From Candidatus Krumholzibacteriia bacterium (lineage in GTDB: Bacteria > Krumholzibacteriota > Krumholzibacteriia > JAJRXK01), in the NCBI GenBank assembly GCA_041484665.1, contig JBGPIA010000005.1, positions 107,648-171,647 of the forward strand: a DNA stretch of 64,000 nt. Reading direction: 5' to 3'. The position numbers were made by a program, and so were the translations under genes. The notes beneath the pieces are model-generated. The model was not told the DNA's origin. It did not search any database and was given only the letters and a program-made list of their open reading frames with translations. Below are positions 57,811 through 64,000 of the stretch, piece after piece (the stretch's first letter is position 1; each line of letters starts with the position of its first letter).

Positions 57811-59577
57811 ATGCGATTCTCGGTACGCCATCAGCGACTGCACGAGGCGGCCGCCGACGTCCTGGTCGTCGGCGTCCATGGCGTGACCCAGTCTCCCGAC
57901 GGGGAGCTCGCCTCGCTCGACCGCCGCGCCCGCGGCGGGCTGTCGGAGGCTTTCGGCTTCGGCGATTTCAAGGGGAAGGAAGGCCAGCTGGCCTGGGTGC
58001 CGGTGCAGCGCCTCCCGTTCAAGCGCGTGCTGTTGGCCGGCCTGGGAGCGGCGAAGGACCTGAAGACCGAAACGGTCCGCACCGCGATGGGGACCGTGTC
58101 CATAGCGGCGCGCCGTGCCGGCGTGCGCCGGCTGGCGGTGACGCTCCCGACTGCCGCAACGTTCGAACCGGCCGTCATGGCCTGCGCGATCGCCGAAGGC
58201 CTCGTGCTGGGCTCGTACGATCCCGAGGCCTTCAAGACCAAGGGCCGCGCAGAGAAGGGCCGCCCCGCGGACCGCGTGCTCCTGATCGTGGCCGACACCA
58301 CAGACGTCCCAGGGGTCCAGGAAGGCGCCCGCCGCGGCGCAGCGTATGCGCACGCCACCAACTTCGTCCGCGATCTCGGCAATCGCCCGTCCAACGTGCT
58401 CACGCCGCCGCAGCTCGCGGCCGCGGCGCGCGAGATGGCGGCGCGCTACAAGGGGAGCGTGACCTGCACCGTGTGGGGTCCGCGCGAGATGGAGCAGCAC
58501 CGCATGGGCGGCATCCTGGGCGTGGGGCGCGGTAGCGCCGAGCCCAGCCAGTTCATCCAGCTCGAGTACCGGCCGAGGGGTGCAGGCGCCTCCCTGCCAA
58601 AGATCGCCTTCGTGGGCAAGGGCCTCACCTTTGATACCGGCGGGATCAGCCTCAAGCCGGCCGCCAGCATGGACCTGATGAAGATGGACATGTGCGGAGC
58701 GGGAGCCGTGCTGGGCGCGATCCAGATCCTGGCGGAGCTGCAGTTGCGCGTGCACGTCCTGGGCTACATCGCCGCCGCCGAGAACATGCCCGACGGCAGG
58801 GCGATCAAGCCAGGCGACCTGCTCACGATGATGAACGGGATGACAGTCGAGGTGAACAACACGGACGCGGAGGGTCGGCTGGTGCTGGCCGACGCGCTGC
58901 ACCACGCCACGCGGCAGAAGCCGGCGTTCATCGTGGACGTGGCGACGCTGACGGGCGCCTGCCAGATCGCCCTGGGTGACGCCGCCTGCGGGCTCATGAG
59001 CGAGGACGACGATCTGGTCGCGCTCATCGAGCGCGCGGCGCTCGACGTCGACGAGCCGGTCTGGCGGCTGCCGCTGAACGACTCCCATCGCAAGCGGATG
59101 GAGGGCCACGTCGCCGACCTGAAGAACACGGGGGCCAAGGAGGGCGGGGCGCTGACTGCGGCGGGCTTCCTGAGCTACTTCACGCGCGGGTCGCGGTGGG
59201 CGCACCTGGACATCGCGGGCATGGCGTGGGCCGAGGAGACACGCCCGTGCTTTCCCAAGGGCGCGACCGGCTACGGGGCGCGGCTGCTGGCGGCCATCGC
59301 CGAGCAGGCAGCGGCGAGCCTGCCGTCGGCGGTGAGCGCTCCGGCCACGCGGCGCAAGTCGCCGGCCCCGCGAAGGAGAGCCGCAGCGCGCTTGAAAGTC
59401 GCCGCGAAGGACGCGCCGAGAGCGACCTCGAAGGCGGCCCCGAAGGTCGCGCGGAAAGCAGCCCCGGACGCCGCGCGGAAGGCAGCCCCGGACGCCGCGC
59501 GGAAGGCAGCGCCGGCCGCCCCCGGCGCAGCTACCCCCGCCCGACGCGGCCGGGGTAAACCTGCAGCGCGGCGGTGA
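57811..59577 (+). CDS. pepA: Leucyl aminopeptidase (M17) with a Lys/Arg/Ala/Pro-rich C-terminal extension
   Basis: VGKGLTFDTGG, MKMDMCG, NTDAEGRL, ATLTGA, HLDIAG; about 85-aa basic tail. Confidence 0.92.
   Translation: MRFSVRHQRLHEAAADVLVVGVHGVTQSPDGELASLDRRARGGLSEAFGFGDFKGKEGQLAWVPVQRLPFKRVLLAGLGAAKDLKTETVRTAMGTVSIAARRAGVRRLAVTLPTAATFEPAVMACAIAEGLVLGSYDPEAFKTKGRAEKGRPADRVLLIVADTTDVPGVQEGARRGAAYAHATNFVRDLGNRPSNVLTPPQLAAAAREMAARYKGSVTCTVWGPREMEQHRMGGILGVGRGSAEPSQFIQLEYRPRGAGASLPKIAFVGKGLTFDTGGISLKPAASMDLMKMDMCGAGAVLGAIQILAELQLRVHVLGYIAAAENMPDGRAIKPGDLLTMMNGMTVEVNNTDAEGRLVLADALHHATRQKPAFIVDVATLTGACQIALGDAACGLMSEDDDLVALIERAALDVDEPVWRLPLNDSHRKRMEGHVADLKNTGAKEGGALTAAGFLSYFTRGSRWAHLDIAGMAWAEETRPCFPKGATGYGARLLAAIAEQAAASLPSAVSAPATRRKSPAPRRRAAARLKVAAKDAPRATSKAAPKVARKAAPDAARKAAPDAARKAAPAAPGAATPARRGRGKPAARR
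59431..59520. repeat. 24-bp coding tandem repeat, about 3.7 copies (KAAPDAAR)
   Basis: Units at 59431, 59455, 59479 and 59503. Confidence 0.8.
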
Positions 59578-60763
59578 GCGCCCGCATCGCGTCGCGCAGC
59601 TTGCCTTCCTCCAGCACGTAGGCGATGCGCGCCTCGTCGCGACCCAGCCCCGGCGTAGCGTAGAAGCCGTCCGCGGGAGCGATCATCACCGTCTGGCCGT
59701 CCAATTCGAAGTCGCGCAGCAGGAACTCGGCGAAGGCGTTCGCGTCGTCGACCGGCAGCTTGACGCACAGGTAGAACGCGCCTTCCGGCTTGGGCACCGT
59801 GACGCCGGGGGTCGCAGCCAGGGCCGCATACACCGTGTCGCGGCGGCGCTGGTACTCAGCGATCACCTCGGTCATGTAGCTGGGCGGGACCTCATTGAGC
59901 GCCGTGCCGAGGAACTGCGCCAGGGTCGGCGGGCAGAGGCGCGCCTGTCCGAACTTCAGGATCGCCCCCAGCAGCTCGCGGTTGCGCGTCACGATGTTGC
60001 CGAGGCGGGCGCCACACAGCGAGATGCGCTTGGACAAGCTGTCCACCATGATGGCGCGGTCTTCCAGCCCGGGCAGCGTGAGCACCGACCGCTGCCGGCG
60101 GCCGTCGTAGGCGAACTCGCGGTAGACCTCGTCACACACCAGGTACAATCCGCGGTCGCGGCAGATGGAGGCGACGCGCTCCATCTCTTCGTCGGTATAG
60201 ACCGTGCCTGTCGGATTGTTCGGCGTGCAGAGCAGGATGGCGCGTGTGCGCGGCGTGATCGCACGCTCGATTCGCTTGCGCTCCGGCAAGTGGTAGCCGT
60301 CCTCGGCGTGGGTCGCCACGGGTACGGGGCGCACGCCCATCATCGAGGCGAAGCCGTTGTAGTTGGTGTAGAACGGCTCGAACACGAGCACTTCGTCGCC
60401 GGGGTCACAGACGGCGCCCAGCGTGAACAAGATCGCCTCGCTGCCGCCGGTGGTGACGAAGATCTCTTCGGCGGCGACATCGATGCCACACCGCTGGTAG
60501 TAGATCCGCAGCGTCTCGACGAACTCGGGCAGCCCTTGCGACGGGCCATAGGGGATGTTGTGCGCCTGGAAGGCAGCCAGGCGCTGCAGGACCACCTGGG
60601 GCGTCGGGATATCCGGCTGTCCGATGTTCAACGCGTAGACTGTCTTGCCCGCGGCGCGGGCGGCGGCGGCCAGCGGCGCCAGCCGCCGGATGGGCGAGGC
60701 AGGCATCTCCTGCGCGCGCTTGCTGAGGGAGAGACGCTGGCTCATGCGGGCCTCCGGCTGCAT
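59531..60763 (-). CDS. PLP-dependent aminotransferase class I/II
   Basis: RBS GGAGGAG; SPIRRL, NIGQPD, PNNPTG, DEVYREF, DSLSKR, CGARLG; 47-bp convergent overlap with pepA. Confidence 0.9.
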   Translation of the reverse strand: MQPEARMSQRLSLSKRAQEMPASPIRRLAPLAAAARAAGKTVYALNIGQPDIPTPQVVLQRLAAFQAHNIPYGPSQGLPEFVETLRIYYQRCGIDVAAEEIFVTTGGSEAILFTLGAVCDPGDEVLVFEPFYTNYNGFASMMGVRPVPVATHAEDGYHLPERKRIERAITPRTRAILLCTPNNPTGTVYTDEEMERVASICRDRGLYLVCDEVYREFAYDGRRQRSVLTLPGLEDRAIMVDSLSKRISLCGARLGNIVTRNRELLGAILKFGQARLCPPTLAQFLGTALNEVPPSYMTEVIAEYQRRRDTVYAALAATPGVTVPKPEGAFYLCVKLPVDDANAFAEFLLRDFELDGQTVMIAPADGFYATPGLGRDEARIAYVLEEGKLRDAMRALTAALQVYPGRVGRG

Positions 60764-60961
60764 CGGGTCTCCTCCATCGCTGGCCGCGGCCTGCAACGCG
60801 GCGATCCACCCCAACAAGATGGTGCGCAGCAGGGCGCGAGTCTAGCAGAGGCTCGTCCGGCCGTCAGGTGGCGCAACGCCGGGTCGGGCAATGCAGCGCG
60901 GGAGATGGCGGCGCCGCGCGGCCGGTCGGTGCAGCGACGGCTCGGGCATCGCCGCACCCGG

Positions 60962-61888
60962 TCAGGCCGTCTCGCTGCGCGGGTCGAAGGCGTCGCGCAG
61001 CCCGTCGCCCAGGAAATTCAGCGACAGCAGCGTGAGCCCCAGGGCCAGCCCGGGGAACAGCACCAGCCACCAGCTTGTGCGCACGGCGTTGATGGCGGCG
61101 GCGCCTTCGCTGGCCAATGAGCCCCAGCTGGCCGCCGGAGGCTGCACGCCCAGGCCCAGGAAGCTCAGGAACGCCTCCTCCAGCATCACCGCCGGAATGG
61201 TGAGGGTCGCGTAGACCAGCACCGGGCCGAGCATGTTGGGCAGCAGATGCCGCAGCACGATGCGCCGGCGGGGGACTCCCAGGGCGCGCGCGGCCTCCAC
61301 GAACTCGCGGTCCTTCAGCCGCTTGATCTCCCCGCGCACGATGCGGCTCATGGTGAGCCACTGCACGGCCCCCAGCGCCACGAACAACAGCACCAGGCTC
61401 TGGCCGAAGTACGCCACCAGCAGGATCACGAAGAACATGAACGGCAAGCCGTACAACATGTCGACCACGCGCATCATGATATTGTCGAGCCGCCCGCCGG
61501 CCCAACCCGCGATCGTGCCCCACGTCACGCCAATCAGCAGACTCACCAGAGTCGCCACCAGGCCCACCGCCAGGCTCAGGCGGCCGCCGTAGAGCACCCG
61601 CGTGTAGAGGTCGCGCCCGTTGGGGTCCGTGCCGAACGGGTGGTGCAGGCTGGGAGGCTGATACTGGCCCGCCAGGTCCTGGGCGGAGAAACCGTAGGGC
61701 GACAACAGCGGCGCGGCGACCGTCGCCACCACCACCAAGCCCAGCACGCCGGCGCTCACCGTGGCGGCCGTGTTGTGGCGCAGGCGGCGCAACGCCTGGC
61801 GCCAGGGGCCCGGCGACGCAGCGCGCGCAGGCGTAGCGGCGGCCGGGACGGCGACGGCTTCGCCGCCAGCGTTGGGCGCGGCCGCCAT
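60962..61888 (-). CDS. oppC: Oligopeptide ABC permease
   Basis: HPFGTDPNGRD, EFVEAARALG, HLLPN, EAFLSFLGLG, NFLGDGLRDAFDPR. Confidence 0.92.
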   Translation of the reverse strand: MAAAPNAGGEAVAVPAAATPARAASPGPWRQALRRLRHNTAATVSAGVLGLVVVATVAAPLLSPYGFSAQDLAGQYQPPSLHHPFGTDPNGRDLYTRVLYGGRLSLAVGLVATLVSLLIGVTWGTIAGWAGGRLDNIMMRVVDMLYGLPFMFFVILLVAYFGQSLVLLFVALGAVQWLTMSRIVRGEIKRLKDREFVEAARALGVPRRRIVLRHLLPNMLGPVLVYATLTIPAVMLEEAFLSFLGLGVQPPAASWGSLASEGAAAINAVRTSWWLVLFPGLALGLTLLSLNFLGDGLRDAFDPRSETA

Positions 61889-62805
61889 CAGCCCAGCTCC
61901 ACGCGCGGGTCCAACGCGCTGTAGAGCACGTCGACCAGCAGATTGAGGGCGATCAGCAGGGCGCTGTAGAGCAGGACGGTTCCCATGGCCAGCGTGTAAT
62001 CGCGATTGAGCGCTGCATTGACCAGGAAGCTCCCCAGCCCCGGGACCGAGAAGATCTGCTCGACCACCACGCTGCCCACCAGGATCGAGGCGGTGGCCGG
62101 GCCCAGGTAGCTGATCACCGGCAGCAGCGCCGGCCGCAGCACGTGCTTGAGGACGACCTGGCGCTCGGACAGCCCCTTGGCGCGCGCAGTGCGCACGAAG
62201 TCCTGCCCGACGACCTCCAGCGCTCCGGCGCGCATCAAGCGTGCGATGGTCGCGGCCCGCAGCGCCCCCAGCGTCACGGCAGGCAGGAGCAGCTGCTGCA
62301 GGCTGCCGATCCCGCCCACGGGCAAGAGCCGCAGCTGGAACACAAACACGATGATCAGCAGCGGCCCGAGCACGAAGTTGGGCACGCAGATGCCCAGGAG
62401 CGCGATCCCCATCGCCAGGCGGTCGGGCCAGCGGTTGTGGCGCAGCGCGGCGATCAACCCCAGCGGGATGCCTGTGACGAGCGCCATCGCCAGCGCGAGC
62501 ACTCCCAACGTCAGCGACACGGGGAACGCCTGGGCGATGATCTCGCGGACGCTCCAGCCCACGTACTTGTAGCTGGGGCCCAGATCGCCGTGCAGCAGCC
62601 CGCCGACGTACAGCGAGAGCTGCTGCGGCAACGGCTGGTGCAGGCCGTAGCGCGCCTCGAGGTTGGCCTGCACGGCCGGCGGCAGCGCGCGCTCCGTGTC
62701 GAAGGGCCCGCCCGGGGCCAGCCGCATGAACAGGAACGACCCCACGACGATCGCCAGCAGAAGCGGGATCGTGGAGAGCAATCGGCGCGCGAGGAACGAT
62801 CTCAT
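61888..62805 (-). CDS. oppB: Oligopeptide ABC permease
   Basis: APGGPF, GDLGPSY, RTARAKGL, VEQIFSVPGLG, LDPRV. Confidence 0.92.
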   Translation of the reverse strand: MRSFLARRLLSTIPLLLAIVVGSFLFMRLAPGGPFDTERALPPAVQANLEARYGLHQPLPQQLSLYVGGLLHGDLGPSYKYVGWSVREIIAQAFPVSLTLGVLALAMALVTGIPLGLIAALRHNRWPDRLAMGIALLGICVPNFVLGPLLIIVFVFQLRLLPVGGIGSLQQLLLPAVTLGALRAATIARLMRAGALEVVGQDFVRTARAKGLSERQVVLKHVLRPALLPVISYLGPATASILVGSVVVEQIFSVPGLGSFLVNAALNRDYTLAMGTVLLYSALLIALNLLVDVLYSALDPRVELG

Positions 62806-64000
62806 CGGGAGCGTCCGGATGCTACCGCCGGGGCGGCCGCACCGACGGCACCGACCCCACCGACGGCACCGACCGCACCCACCGCGCCGACCGCGCCTGC
62901 GGCAGACGCCTTGGCCGTGGTGCGCCGGACCATCTTCAGATCCAGCAATCCCAGCAGATTGGGCTGCAGCCCCTGCCAGCGCGCGCCGTCGAATAGCCGG
63001 GTCTCCACGAAATAGTACACAGGCAGGATGATGCACTCGCGCTGCGTCACGATCTCCTCGCAGCGGCGCAGAAGCTCCATGCGCCGCGCCACCTCCAGCG
63101 TGCGAGCGGCGCGCGCGATCAAGCTGTCGTACTCGGCGCTGGCGAAGCCGGTGCGGTTGTTGCCGCTACCGCTCGACCAGATCTCCAGGAAGGTGTTGGG
63201 ATCGAGGTAGTCGCCGGTCCAGTTGCCGCGGGCAATGTCGTAGTCAAGCTCACGGGTGGTGGCCATGAAGACCTTCCACTCCTGATTGCGTAGCTCGACG
63301 TGGATGCCCAGCTCCTTGCTCCACTGCTGCTGCACGACCTCGGCGATCTGCTTGCTCGACTCGCTGGTGTTGAACAGCAGGGTGATGGTGGGGAAGCCCC
63401 GCCCGTCCGGAAACCCGGCCTGGGCCAGCAGGTCGCGCGCCAGCTCGGGCTGGTAGCCGGCCAGCTGCGCCTCGGTGTAGCCGGGCATGCCTGGCGGGAC
63501 CAGGCTGTGTGCCGGCTGCTGGCCGCCGCGCGTGACGTGCTCGACGATGGCCTGCGCGTCTACGGCGTGGTAGAGCGCCATGCGCACGCGCACGTCGGAC
63601 AGCGGTGGCCGCGTCACGTTGAACCGGTAGAAGAACGTCGTGAGGTTGGGCGAGCTGTGGAAGTCGGCTCGCGTACGCAGCTGGTCGACGATGGCCAGCG
63701 GGATGCCCGAGCCGTCCACCCAGTCGAGCACGCCGCTCGTGTAGCGGTTGAAGTTGCCGTTGATGTAGTCGCCGGGCAGCGCGTCCACCACATCCAGGCT
63801 GATCGCGGAGGCGTTCCAGTACGTGGGGCTGCGCTGCAGACGCATGCGGCGGTTGAGCTGCCAATCGGCCAGCACGAAGGCGCCATTGGTCACGATGTTG
63901 CCCGGGCGCAGCCAGCGGTCACCCTGCTGCTCGACGGCCCAGCGCGGCACGGGCAACAGCGACGGCAGCGCGCAGAGGTCCAGGAAGTAAGGCGTGGGGC
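62802..64000 (-). CDS. oppA: Oligopeptide ABC substrate-binding protein, C-terminal part (5' end outside window)
   Basis: NGAFVL, ARDLLAQAGF, NQEWK, WTGDYLDPNTFL, NNRTG. Confidence 0.88.
   Translation of the reverse strand, partial: PTPYFLDLCALPSLLPVPRWAVEQQGDRWLRPGNIVTNGAFVLADWQLNRRMRLQRSPTYWNASAISLDVVDALPGDYINGNFNRYTSGVLDWVDGSGIPLAIVDQLRTRADFHSSPNLTTFFYRFNVTRPPLSDVRVRMALYHAVDAQAIVEHVTRGGQQPAHSLVPPGMPGYTEAQLAGYQPELARDLLAQAGFPDGRGFPTITLLFNTSESSKQIAEVVQQQWSKELGIHVELRNQEWKVFMATTRELDYDIARGNWTGDYLDPNTFLEIWSSGSGNNRTGFASAEYDSLIARAARTLEVARRMELLRRCEEIVTQRECIILPVYYFVETRLFDGARWQGLQPNLLGLLDLKMVRRTTAKASAAGAVGAVGAVGAVGGVGAVGAAAPAVASGRSR

Overview
High-GC bacterial chromosomal window with about 50 densely packed CDS and no rRNA, tRNA, CRISPR array or transposase. 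Two kinds of C-terminal signal on secreted proteins (FlgD-Ig/T9SS-like and [TS]WGxxKxx[YF]) suggest an FCB-related candidate phylum such as Latescibacterota, Krumholzibacteriota or Eisenbacteria (inference). Gene order: partial bamA/tamA, tamB, a ~510-bp non-coding rod-like inverted repeat, a metalloprotease/beta-propeller/Omp85 fusion, uvrD/pcrA, an M1 aminopeptidase, a TPR protein, gatCAB, a lamin-tail protein, meaB with a B12-binding subunit and an acyl-CoA catabolic operon, YIP1/DUF2752, ispH-fni, a GldA/F/G-like ABC system, a 1.1-kb structured intergenic region, a hydrolase, a POT transporter, an ECF sigma/Ser-Thr kinase pair, pxpB-pxpC-MFS-pxpA, MFS, STAS, sthA, two adjacent amber-interrupted genes (chrA and a barrel protein), ygfZ divergent from iscS-iscA-pepA, an aminotransferase and oppABC. 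The most striking unexplained signal is the 4331-4841 element: a long rod-shaped hairpin whose two internal loops are reciprocally complementary (paranemic-crossover or double-kissing geometry), followed by a T-tract. Other highlights are the putative WGxxK export signal, a histone-H1-like tail on PepA, a Thr-substituted DAED motif in the kinase-linked ECF, and a 16-bp minisatellite after meaB. All family calls come from motif recognition by eye; no database search was run.
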